Assembly (NCBI GenBank): GCA_902786275.1
Contig: CADACC010000001.1
Coordinates: 1 to 60,218, forward strand
DNA: 60,218 nucleotides
Source: an uncultured Erysipelotrichaceae bacterium
Lineage (GTDB): Bacteria; Bacillota_I; Bacilli_A; RF39; UBA660
Reading direction: 5' to 3'
Of the stretch, positions 10,497 through 20,211 are shown one piece after another. The notes under the pieces were generated by a model. The model saw only the letters and a list, made by a program, of their open reading frames with translations. It did not search any database and was not told the DNA's origin. How positions within the stretch are numbered: the first letter of the stretch is position 1; each line of letters starts with the position of its first letter. The translations under genes and the position numbers were made by a program.

Positions 10497-10598
10497 TATA
10501 TTTCCTCCTCTACTTTTATCATATGTAAGGCTTAAATATTTGCCTATTTATTTTGCAAATTATCCTTAAATAAGATATAATTATAATGGTGAAATAAT

Positions 10599-12821
10599 AT
10601 GGGAAAACATAAGAAAAGAAAAAAAGAAACAACATCAAATTTTAAATACAGTGTAGAATTAACAGGACTTATTTTAATTCTTATTGGTATTATTGGTTTT
10701 GGATTTGGTCCAGTTGGTTCTTTAATCAAAAAATTTAGTATATTCCTTGTTGGTACATGGTGGATGTTTCTTTTAATAGGAGTCTTACTACTTGGTGCGT
10801 ATATGTTATTTAAAAGAAAACTACCTAAGTTTTTTACAAGTAAACTTATTGGATTATATGTTATTTTCATAGTTATTTTAGTAGCAAGTCATTTTGGATT
10901 TATTGAACATGCAAAATCTAGTAAAGAAATATTTTCAACTACAGTTGATAATTTTATGGAAAGAATTAGTTCAATAAATGGTAAGACTGCTTTATTTACA
11001 TCAGGTACTTCTTCTGTTGAAATCGGTGGAGGAATTATTGGAGCAACATTTGCTTATATTTTCTCCAGTTTATTTGGTTTAAGTGGTACTAAAGTTATTG
11101 AAATTATTCTTTTAATATTTGGTTTAATCTTACTATTTGATATTACATTATCCGATATTCTTGAAAAACTTAGAAGTATATTTAAGAAAAATAAAGATAA
11201 TGAAGAAGAATCAATTGTTCCAACAGATGTTGAAATAAATGATTATTCTAAAACTAAGGAAGAACCTAAAAAAGAAGATAAAGTTATTATTACAAGTATG
11301 GATGAACTTAAAACTCCGCTTCCTAAAGCATTAGAAAATGATTCAATGGAAAGTTTAATGAAAAAAGATGAGCCTGTTACTAACACTCATTATAAACTTC
11401 CACCACTTAGTCTTTTATCTGATCCAACTGGTGAAGGTGTTACTGTAAGTCAAAGCGAAACCAGGAAGAATAAAGATGAACTTGAAAGTGTTCTAAGAGA
11501 TTTTGGTATTACTGCTAAAGTTGTTAAGATTCATATTGGTCCTGCGGTTACACAATATGAACTTACTGTTCCAAACGGAACTAAGGTAAGTAAAATAACA
11601 AGTGTTAATAAAGAAATTGCTCTAGCTATGGCTGCTAAAGATGTTAGAATTCAAGCACCTATTCCTGGTAAAAGTACTATTGGTATTGAAATACCTAATC
11701 CAAAAGTATGTGCTGTTAAAATTAAAGAAATTCTTCTTAGCCGTGGTGAAGGTAAAATTAATGTCGCTTTAGGTAAAGATATTTATGGTAATCCAGTACT
11801 TGCTGATTTATCAAAAATGCCTCACCTTTTAATAGCTGGTTCTACTGGTTCTGGTAAATCAGTTTGTACAAATAGTATTATTTGTTCTATCTTAATGAAT
11901 TATCGACCTGATGAAGTTAAACTTGTATTAGTTGACCCTAAGAAGGTTGAGTTATCAAATTATAATGGTGTTCCTCACCTACTTACACCTGTTGTAACAG
12001 ATCCTAAAAAAGCATCTGTTGCACTTCAAAAAGTAGTTAATGAGATGGAAAGAAGATATAACCTATTTAGTGATACAAGTGTAAAAAATATCGAAGGATA
12101 TAATGAATATGTTCAAAAATATAATAAAAAACATCCAGAAGCGCCAATGCAAAAACTTCATTATTTAGTTACAATAATTGATGAACTTGCGGATTTAATG
12201 CTTGTTGCATCTAAAGAAGTTGAAGACTCTATAATGCGTATTACACAGATGGCTCGTGCAGCTGGTATTCACTTAATAGTTGCAACACAAAGACCATCAA
12301 CAGATGTCATTACTGGTGTTGTTAAAGCTAATATTCCATCTAGAATAGCATTCGCTGTTGCATCAAGCATTGATTCAAGAACAATTCTTGATATGTCAGG
12401 TGCTGAAAAGCTTCTAGGTAAAGGTGATATGCTTTACTTACCTATGGGTGAAAATACACCAACAAGAATTCAAGGTAGTTATATTTCTGATGAAGAAATT
12501 AAAAAACTTATTGATTATGTTTGTGGACAACAAAAAGCTAAATATTCAGAAGAAATGGATTTAGATTCTACTCCTATTGGAACATCATCTGGTTCTGGTA
12601 GCGGAGCTGATGGATTTGATGATCCATTATATGATGAAGTTGTTGAGTTTGCTGTTTCAACAGGAAAGATTAGTGCATCTTTAATTCAAAGAAAATTTAG
12701 ACTTGGTTATAATCGAGCTGCTAGAATTATAGATTTACTTGAAGATAGAGGTATTGTAGGACCACAAAATGGGTCTAAACCACGTGAAGTATTAGTAAAA
12801 TTAGAATCAGAAAATAATTAA
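10599..12821 (+). CDS. ftsK: DNA translocase FtsK/SpoIIIE
   Basis: N-terminal TM segments, PHLLIAGSTGSGKS, IIDELADLM, ATQRPS, C-terminal gamma domain (SASLIQRKFRLGYNRAARIID). Confidence 0.98.
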   Translation: MGKHKKRKKETTSNFKYSVELTGLILILIGIIGFGFGPVGSLIKKFSIFLVGTWWMFLLIGVLLLGAYMLFKRKLPKFFTSKLIGLYVIFIVILVASHFGFIEHAKSSKEIFSTTVDNFMERISSINGKTALFTSGTSSVEIGGGIIGATFAYIFSSLFGLSGTKVIEIILLIFGLILLFDITLSDILEKLRSIFKKNKDNEEESIVPTDVEINDYSKTKEEPKKEDKVIITSMDELKTPLPKALENDSMESLMKKDEPVTNTHYKLPPLSLLSDPTGEGVTVSQSETRKNKDELESVLRDFGITAKVVKIHIGPAVTQYELTVPNGTKVSKITSVNKEIALAMAAKDVRIQAPIPGKSTIGIEIPNPKVCAVKIKEILLSRGEGKINVALGKDIYGNPVLADLSKMPHLLIAGSTGSGKSVCTNSIICSILMNYRPDEVKLVLVDPKKVELSNYNGVPHLLTPVVTDPKKASVALQKVVNEMERRYNLFSDTSVKNIEGYNEYVQKYNKKHPEAPMQKLHYLVTIIDELADLMLVASKEVEDSIMRITQMARAAGIHLIVATQRPSTDVITGVVKANIPSRIAFAVASSIDSRTILDMSGAEKLLGKGDMLYLPMGENTPTRIQGSYISDEEIKKLIDYVCGQQKAKYSEEMDLDSTPIGTSSGSGSGADGFDDPLYDEVVEFAVSTGKISASLIQRKFRLGYNRAARIIDLLEDRGIVGPQNGSKPREVLVKLESENN

Positions 12822-12865
12822 TTATTATATTCATATGATAAAATATATTTATGGGGAGAGTATAT

Positions 12866-13393
12866 ATGAAAAAACAAAATAATTTAAGAAAAGTACCATT
12901 AAGAAATTATGCACTAGCTGTTTTAATGTTTATTGCTGTAGTTCTTATTACTTTATATTTATTTAAGTGGTATCAAGTAAAAAATAAAGAAAGAATTGCA
13001 ACTAGTTATTTAGTTGAAAATAATTTAATTACAAGTGAAATTAAAACATTTGAAGAACTAAATGATGTTCTTGCAGAAAACTCTTCTAGACTTATTCTTT
13101 ATATAAGTTATCGTAATGATAAAGATATTTATAATATAGAAAAAAATTATAAAAAGATATTTAAGAATTATAATATTCAAGAAATATTTACATTATTTGA
13201 TATAACTGATATTAAAGAAGATAATAAAGATTATAAGAAAATGATTAATGAATTTTTAGATATTAATGTAAATGGATTCCCTGTTATTATTTATTATGAA
13301 GGTGGTCAAATTGTTTCTTATAAAAAAATTAAAAATTCAAAAGATTTTGAATCTGTAATTAAAAAGATTAATATAGAAAAAAATAGCCGTTAG
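12866..13393 (+). CDS. Hypothetical membrane-anchored protein, possibly thioredoxin-like fold without CxxC
   Basis: One N-terminal TM; GFPVIIYYEGG resembles the thioredoxin cis-Pro strand; ATG 12866 follows GGGGAG SD. Confidence 0.65.
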   Translation: MKKQNNLRKVPLRNYALAVLMFIAVVLITLYLFKWYQVKNKERIATSYLVENNLITSEIKTFEELNDVLAENSSRLILYISYRNDKDIYNIEKNYKKIFKNYNIQEIFTLFDITDIKEDNKDYKKMINEFLDINVNGFPVIIYYEGGQIVSYKKIKNSKDFESVIKKINIEKNSR

Positions 13394-13403
13394 GCTATTT
13401 TTT
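13377..13403 (+). terminator. Intrinsic terminator overlapping the end of the 12866 gene
   Basis: AAAAAATAGCC-gtta-GGCTATTTTTT. Confidence 0.7.
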
Positions 13404-13419
13404 AAAAGGAGTAATAATT

Positions 13420-13929
13420 ATGATTAATGTAGTATTATTTGAACCTGAAATACCCATGAATACAGGTAATATTATGAGAACATGTATTGCAACGAATGCT
13501 AAACTTCATTTAATTAAACCTCTTGGTTTTTCTCTAGATGAAAAATCTGTTAAAAGAAGTGGTGTTAATTATATAGATAAAATAGATTTAACAATTTATG
13601 AAAATATGGAAGACTTCTATAGTAAAAATGAAGGTACATTTTACTACTTAACTAGATATGGTCATAAACCTCACACAACTGGTGATTATAGTAATTCTAA
13701 AGAAAATATATACTTTATATTTGGTAAAGAATCAACTGGTATTCCTAAAAAATATTTAAGGCCTAATTTAGACCATTGTTTTAGACTTCCTATGAGTAAA
13801 AATGTAAGATCACTTAATTTATCAAATACCGTTGCAATTGTTGTATATGAAGCTCTAAGGCAACAAAACTATAATGATTTATTATTTGATGAGCCACATA
13901 AAAGTAAAGACTTTATCATTGAAGATTAA
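13420..13929 (+). CDS. trmL: tRNA (cytidine/uridine-34 2'-O)-methyltransferase
   Basis: VVLFEPEIPMNTGNI, FGKESTG, RSLNLSN SPOUT motifs. Confidence 0.96.
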   Translation: MINVVLFEPEIPMNTGNIMRTCIATNAKLHLIKPLGFSLDEKSVKRSGVNYIDKIDLTIYENMEDFYSKNEGTFYYLTRYGHKPHTTGDYSNSKENIYFIFGKESTGIPKKYLRPNLDHCFRLPMSKNVRSLNLSNTVAIVVYEALRQQNYNDLLFDEPHKSKDFIIED

Positions 13930-16466
13930 AGTCTTTTTTTTATGATTATTTTTCTTATTGTATTTATTATTAATGTCGTACTTGATAAAACTATTATGAA
14001 TACTAGGTCTTTAACTTTTAGTCCAAAGGTTCCAAATATTGATCCACCATAATATATAATTATAATTTGCATTATTGATATAAAGATAAATAGAAATAAG
14101 AATAGCTTGTTTTTTAAAACATCAGATAGTATATTTATTCTTTCCGTTCGAGCACAAAATGCATTAAATATTCCTAAGAAAATAAATAAAGCAAAATATG
14201 CTGTCATAAAATATTTATGATTTCCAATAACAACGTTTTTAAATATAGGTACTTTTAAAAATAATATACATAGTAAACCTCCATATAATCCATTAGTTAA
14301 TATTTCAATATACATTTTACTGTTTATTACATTTTCGTTAATATTTAAAGGCTTTTCCTTTAAGTATTCTTTTAAAGATGGTTCAAATGAAAAAGCTAAA
14401 CCAGCAAATGTATCCATAATCATATTAAGCCATAACATTTGCATTATAGTTATTGGTGTATTTATACCAATTAAAGGTCCCACTATTGAAAGTGATAGTG
14501 CACATAAGTTCACGCTTAACTGATAAACAATAAATTTTCTTATACTTTTTAAAATAGTTCTTCCATAAAGAATTGCTTTGGAGATAGACAATAAGTTATT
14601 ATCTAAAATTACTATGTCCGATGCTTCTTTAGCAACAGATGATCCACTACCCATTGCAAAACCCACATCGGCTTTTTTTAAAGCTGGAGCATCATTTATT
14701 CCATCGCCTGTCATTCCAACTATATTTCCACAATTTTGAATTATTCTAACTAACCTGCTTTTATCAGTAGGTAACGCTCTTGAAATAACTTTTATATTAT
14801 TAAGTCTTTCTTTAACTTCTTCATCAGATAATTTGTTAAATTCGTCTGATGATAATATCAAATCATTATTTGATGTTATTATGTTTACATCTTTTGCTAT
14901 AGATTTTGCTGTTTCTTTATTATCGCCTGTAATCATAATAATATTTATATTTGCTTTTTTAATATTATTTAAACCCTCATAAGTCTCTTTTCTTATTATA
15001 TCTTTTATAACTATCATATTTATTAATATATATTTATTATCATCAACTTTTATATTTATAAGTACTCTACTTCCTTTTTTAGTGATAGAAGTAATATATC
15101 TTAGAAGCTTATTTTTATTTAAAAATGTTTCGCATCCAGACTCATCTAGATAATAGTTACACCTATTTAATATGTTTTCATATGCACCTTTAATATATGT
15201 TAAATTATCGATTTTTACTTCACTATACTTATTTTCACTATTAAATGGTTTGAAGTTATGTGCCTTTGTTTTTACTTTATAATAATTTTTTATAAAATTT
15301 ATTATTGCTTTATCCGTTTCGTTACCACCTATTACTTTATTATCCGTAATTATACTTGATGAGTTATATATTAGTGATTCTAAGAAAGTATTTCTATATG
15401 GTTCTTTCATTTCATTTACACTTCTATATATTTTTAAATTTCCATCTATTATTTCAGTAACACTAAGTTTACCTTCAGTTATTGTACCAGTTTTATCTGT
15501 TAATAAGTAGTTGATATTTCCAGATGTTTCAATACCAACCATTTTACGAACTAAAACATTGTTTTTAATCATTTTTTTCATATTACTTGATAGTACTAGA
15601 GTTATCATCATTGGTAAACCTTCAGGAACAGCTACAACAATTGTAGTTACGCAAAGTGTTAATGTATATATTAAATCGTTAATCATATTTTTTGACACAA
15701 TATATGACATTATTAACTCTTTATTAAAGTTATTTTGTATAAACACAGTTGAAAATAAATATGAAAAAGAAACAATAAAAGCACCAATATATCCTACTCT
15801 ATTAATTATTTTAGATAAACTTATTAATCTTTTTTTGAGTGGGCTTTTAACTTTTATCTCCTGAACTTCTTCCATTATTTTTCCATACATCGTGTTTTTT
15901 CCAACATTTACTACTCTGCACTTACTAAAGCCTTCGTAAATATTTGTACCTTTGTAAATCAATGTTTCATCTTTATTATTATACTTTTTTTCTTGTAAAT
16001 TAGATTCTCCTGTTAACATTGACTCATTTATAAGTAAACTTCCACTTAATATAATTGAATCTGCTGGTACAATATCTCCACTTTCAAGTTCTATTACATC
16101 TCCTACAACTAACTCGCTTGATTTTATTTCTTTTAATAAATTATTTCGATATGTTTTAACTAATATATCTTTGTTTTCATCTTGTAATTTTTTAAACTTT
16201 ATTTCACTACCATATTCTGAAACAGTTGATATTAGTGTTGATAAAAAAATTGCAATAAGTATACCTAAAGTCTCATACCAGTTAAAATCTTTAAACATAA
16301 ATATTACTTTTATAATTAAAGCTATTAACATAATTTTTATAATAGGATCACTAAACGACTCTACTACAAAATTAAAAATGTTTTTTCTTTTTTTTGCTTC
16401 AAGTATATTTTCTCCATATTTTCTTTTACTATTTTCTACTTCTTTATCATTTAATCCGACTTTCAT
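13926..16466 (-). CDS. P-type ATPase, Ca2+-translocating (PMCA-like)
   Basis: LTGES, VPEGLP, DKTGTIT, ITGDN, GDGINDAPAL, QMLWLNMIMDT. Confidence 0.95.
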   Translation of the reverse strand: MKVGLNDKEVENSKRKYGENILEAKKRKNIFNFVVESFSDPIIKIMLIALIIKVIFMFKDFNWYETLGILIAIFLSTLISTVSEYGSEIKFKKLQDENKDILVKTYRNNLLKEIKSSELVVGDVIELESGDIVPADSIILSGSLLINESMLTGESNLQEKKYNNKDETLIYKGTNIYEGFSKCRVVNVGKNTMYGKIMEEVQEIKVKSPLKKRLISLSKIINRVGYIGAFIVSFSYLFSTVFIQNNFNKELIMSYIVSKNMINDLIYTLTLCVTTIVVAVPEGLPMMITLVLSSNMKKMIKNNVLVRKMVGIETSGNINYLLTDKTGTITEGKLSVTEIIDGNLKIYRSVNEMKEPYRNTFLESLIYNSSSIITDNKVIGGNETDKAIINFIKNYYKVKTKAHNFKPFNSENKYSEVKIDNLTYIKGAYENILNRCNYYLDESGCETFLNKNKLLRYITSITKKGSRVLINIKVDDNKYILINMIVIKDIIRKETYEGLNNIKKANINIIMITGDNKETAKSIAKDVNIITSNNDLILSSDEFNKLSDEEVKERLNNIKVISRALPTDKSRLVRIIQNCGNIVGMTGDGINDAPALKKADVGFAMGSGSSVAKEASDIVILDNNLLSISKAILYGRTILKSIRKFIVYQLSVNLCALSLSIVGPLIGINTPITIMQMLWLNMIMDTFAGLAFSFEPSLKEYLKEKPLNINENVINSKMYIEILTNGLYGGLLCILFLKVPIFKNVVIGNHKYFMTAYFALFIFLGIFNAFCARTERINILSDVLKNKLFLFLFIFISIMQIIIIYYGGSIFGTFGLKVKDLVFIIVLSSTTLIINTIRKIIIKKRL

Positions 16467-16508
16467 ATTTTTTCCTCTTTAAAAAATATGAAATAAAAAA
16501 AGAAATAT

Positions 16509-18275
16509 TCACGTTGTGATTATTTCTTTTTTATTATTGCATCTTAAATCCAGTTCGAAACTTTCAATAAAACTTTTTTCAAACATAATACTTTTTGATG
16601 TACTATTAAAACCAAGTTCAATTTTTTTACTTTCTTTAACAAGAGCTACCAATATAGCATTATTAAAATATATTTTTTCATTACCATAATATTCAAGATA
16701 CCCGTCATTATTTATCTTTTTAATTAAATCGATTAAATAATCATTTGTATCGATATTCTCAAAATATATAATGCTAAAAGGATGCTCTATTAGATTATAG
16801 AACTTTGATTCATTTATTTTTTTAGAAAATGTATCATTATTAACATTATTATTATAGTTTTCTGAATCAATTCTAATAATATTAACATCACCAAATGATT
16901 TAATAAAATCTTTTATTAAATACCTATCATCAGTAATAAAACTTTTGGGTTTATCAGTATCTATTTTTAATAAGTTAACAAGTTTATTTAATCTATCATC
17001 TGGTAAATAATTCTTTAATTCTTTCTTTACTTTATATAGTATTTCATCATTTCTAAGAAGTTTATTATTTGTTTTATAGTATATAGATTTAATTATATCA
17101 TCTTCGGATAAATATCTTTTTCCACATGTTTTAGCATATGCACAAGATGTATCTAATAAATCTATTGTTTTATCAGGATTAGATATATTTTTTATATAAT
17201 TATTTGATAAATAAATAATCTTATCAATTAATTCTTTAGGAATTTTTATATTATGAAATTTTTCATATTCTTTTTTTACGCTTATCATTAAGTTATGCAT
17301 ATCTTCATTATTAAGTTCACTTATGCTAATAACTTCAAATCTTCTTTGGAGAGCTTTATCGTTTAGAATAGATTTATTATATTCAGTTGTTGTTGTTGCA
17401 CCAATACACTTTATATCTCCTCTAGCAAGATATGGTTTTAATATGTCAGCTGCATTTATAGCACCCTCTGCACCACCAGCTCCAATCATAGTGTGAATTT
17501 CATCAATAAAGATTATTGAGTTCTTATCATTTTTTATTTCTTTGATTATATTATTTAATCTTTCTTCAAATTCCCCGCGGTATTTAGTTCCTGAGATTAA
17601 ACTTCCCATATCCATTAAATATATCTTTTTATTCTTTAAACTATCTGGAACCATACCTATATTAATTCTTCTTGCTAGTTCCTCTACTAAAGCTGTTTTA
17701 CCAACACCTGCAGGACCTATTAATATTGGATTGCATTTCTTCTTTCTTGTTAGTGTAAGAATTATTTTATTTATCTCTTCTTCTCTTGATACAACTTTTG
17801 AATCATTATCAACAATATCATTTAGTAAAACTCCTATTTTATTTGTTTCTTGCATTAATGATATACGTTGTTTTTCTTTAAGTTTTATATATATCTCATC
17901 AAGATCTATATTCATTTTTAATAAAATCCTAATAGCAATTCCTTCACCCTCATCAAGCATTGCTAAAAATAAATTTTGTTCTATGTTCGTTTCTCTATCT
18001 TTATTTTTTAAATTATATCTAGCTATTATCTTTCTAAGCAAAGGAGTGTATAAATTACTAGGATTATCTTTTTTGCAATTACCAACAATTTCTAAGAGAC
18101 TATCTTTAAAACTATCATATGTAACACTATATTCTTTTAAATAAATTGATAAATCATTTTTATAACTTAGAATAGCTAAAAACAAATGTTCAGAACCAAC
18201 ATATGGGTGTTTTAGTTTTATTCTTTCTTTTTCGCATTTTTTTAATACTAAATCTATTTTTGAATTCTTTTCCAT
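16509..18275 (-). CDS. ClpC-like ATPase with intact D1 and eroded D2
   Basis: Clp-N (HPYVGSEHL), NPILIGPAGVGKT, GTKYRGEFEERL, FIDEIH, ALQRRF; no second Walker A. ATG 18275 follows AGGAG SD. Confidence 0.88.
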   Translation of the reverse strand: MEKNSKIDLVLKKCEKERIKLKHPYVGSEHLFLAILSYKNDLSIYLKEYSVTYDSFKDSLLEIVGNCKKDNPSNLYTPLLRKIIARYNLKNKDRETNIEQNLFLAMLDEGEGIAIRILLKMNIDLDEIYIKLKEKQRISLMQETNKIGVLLNDIVDNDSKVVSREEEINKIILTLTRKKKCNPILIGPAGVGKTALVEELARRINIGMVPDSLKNKKIYLMDMGSLISGTKYRGEFEERLNNIIKEIKNDKNSIIFIDEIHTMIGAGGAEGAINAADILKPYLARGDIKCIGATTTTEYNKSILNDKALQRRFEVISISELNNEDMHNLMISVKKEYEKFHNIKIPKELIDKIIYLSNNYIKNISNPDKTIDLLDTSCAYAKTCGKRYLSEDDIIKSIYYKTNNKLLRNDEILYKVKKELKNYLPDDRLNKLVNLLKIDTDKPKSFITDDRYLIKDFIKSFGDVNIIRIDSENYNNNVNNDTFSKKINESKFYNLIEHPFSIIYFENIDTNDYLIDLIKKINNDGYLEYYGNEKIYFNNAILVALVKESKKIELGFNSTSKSIMFEKSFIESFELDLRCNNKKEIITT

Positions 18276-18345
18276 ATGATCTCCTTTATATCTCATATTC
18301 ATATAATGATATTTTTATTAAATGATATACTATTATTTAAACCAC

Positions 18346-18373
18346 AAAAAAAGCGACGTTTTTGTCGCTTTTT
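18346..18373 (-). terminator. Terminator after the yfcC-like gene
   Basis: AAAAAGCGAC-gttttt-GTCGCTTTTT. Confidence 0.8.
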
Positions 18374-18382
18374 AGTTTATAT

Positions 18383-20116
18383 TTAAATTATTGACATGAA
18401 AATAAATATAATTAATAATACACATAACATTCCAAGAACGAAACGCCAAATATGTTTCATCCAATCTTTATACTCTACCTTTGTATATAGTAAACCAAAG
18501 ATTAGTATTAAACTTGTTGGAATGAAGAATTGTAATAATCCATATATTGCGAAGAATACTAAGAATACTAATGCTAAATGTGTTGCACCATAACCAGAAA
18601 CAAGGAATCCTCCTAAACTATATCCAGTGTATCCTAAGTCTACTTGGAAGATATTTGTAAATGTTGCAGCTAACATAGTTGTTAATAGATTATGACTTGT
18701 ATCAACGTTAACATCAGGAATACCATCTCCATCAGTATCTAGGTTAAGAACTGATTTTCCACCATCTAATTGTTTAACAATTGATTCATCATATTCATCA
18801 ACTTTACCATTACCGTTAAAGTCTATATTCTTGTCTGGATATCCATCTTTGTTTGTATCACAGTTAAGATCACATTTACCATCATTATCTAAATCTTGAT
18901 TCATTAAATTGTAATCAGGTTTTCTATCTTCATCAGTATCAATATTAAACCATGCTACTCCAGCGCCATTATAGTCAATATTTATATTTGGAATATTATC
19001 CTTTTTCATAATTGAATTAACAGCTGTTGGAACAATTGGGCTCATGTACATAATAATAAATACTGAATATACAGCTACCATACCTAATATAGGTTTGATA
19101 AGTTTAAGAGCGCCAGTTCCAAATGTAGTTAATAATTCATCAAATTTAAATGAATATAAAATAGCAGTTAAAATAGTAAATACAAATAAAACTGTTGATA
19201 ATGTAAATAAATCAAATGCACCAAATGGAACAGCACTTGTACCTAAAATATATGAGAATATTTTAAAGTCTTTTCCAATTGAGAAATCCATTAACCAGTT
19301 ATGAAGTTCATTAAATGTATTAATTTTAAATATTCCATCCCAGTTAACAAAACCTAAAATAAATACTATAAATAGTAAACATAAAACAATTCTTATTGGG
19401 AATAATTTTACATTTTTAGATTTAACTTCTTCAACTTTGAAATCCTCATCAATTTCATTTTTCTTTTTATTTTCTAGTGCTTTTTTAGATGCAAAATATA
19501 AGAAGAAGTTATATAGTGCAGTAGCAATACCTAGAATAATAACTCTAAATACAAGTGTTAAACCTTTTCCAGTCTCAATTGTTAGAGTTTGTGAAAAATA
19601 TTGATTAAAAATATTTAGTGTTTCTGTACCAAATGTTGCACCTAGTACACCAACTAAAATTGCACCAAATGTAGATGCAAATGCAGTAAGTTTATTTAAA
19701 CCAGCTTCAAGCATAATTGTTATAAGCATTGGTACAAATAAAATCATTGCAAATGTTGATGAAGTAACAGATGTTAAACCTGTTAGTACAACTGATGTAA
19801 CAATTACAAAAAGTGTTTCCTTTCCTTTAATTTTTTTTGCAATATTAGAAATAAGTTTTCTATATCCATCAGTTTTAGAAAGAACCGCATAGAAGCCACC
19901 TAAAACTAGAAGATATACAATCTTATCAATTCCATAATAAATACTATTATATGCAACTGTTGCAAGATCGTTAAAACCAATTCTAATTCGATCGTATTTT
20001 ATAAGCTGTGTTCCGTTAAATGTTCCAGTTGGAATAATCCATGTTAGAACAATAGCAATAAAAATTACGATTCCAAGCATTTTAGCAATAGTATGCTTTT
20101 CAAAAAATTTCTTCAT
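18383..20116 (-). CDS. YfcC/ArcD-like (DcuC/IT superfamily) transporter with an inserted Asp-rich repeat domain
   Basis: LTWIIPTG N-terminus, multiple TM helices, C-terminal FFIPTS...VEYKDWMKHIWRF typical of YfcC. Confidence 0.8.
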   Translation of the reverse strand: MKKFFEKHTIAKMLGIVIFIAIVLTWIIPTGTFNGTQLIKYDRIRIGFNDLATVAYNSIYYGIDKIVYLLVLGGFYAVLSKTDGYRKLISNIAKKIKGKETLFVIVTSVVLTGLTSVTSSTFAMILFVPMLITIMLEAGLNKLTAFASTFGAILVGVLGATFGTETLNIFNQYFSQTLTIETGKGLTLVFRVIILGIATALYNFFLYFASKKALENKKKNEIDEDFKVEEVKSKNVKLFPIRIVLCLLFIVFILGFVNWDGIFKINTFNELHNWLMDFSIGKDFKIFSYILGTSAVPFGAFDLFTLSTVLFVFTILTAILYSFKFDELLTTFGTGALKLIKPILGMVAVYSVFIIMYMSPIVPTAVNSIMKKDNIPNINIDYNGAGVAWFNIDTDEDRKPDYNLMNQDLDNDGKCDLNCDTNKDGYPDKNIDFNGNGKVDEYDESIVKQLDGGKSVLNLDTDGDGIPDVNVDTSHNLLTTMLAATFTNIFQVDLGYTGYSLGGFLVSGYGATHLALVFLVFFAIYGLLQFFIPTSLILIFGLLYTKVEYKDWMKHIWRFVLGMLCVLLIIFIFMSII

Positions 20117-20211
20117 TTTATTTTTCCTCCCTATTAAAATTATAACACTTATGTAACTTAAATTAAAAGATAAACATTAAATAAAAACAAAAAAAGCACT
20201 ATAAATAGTGC

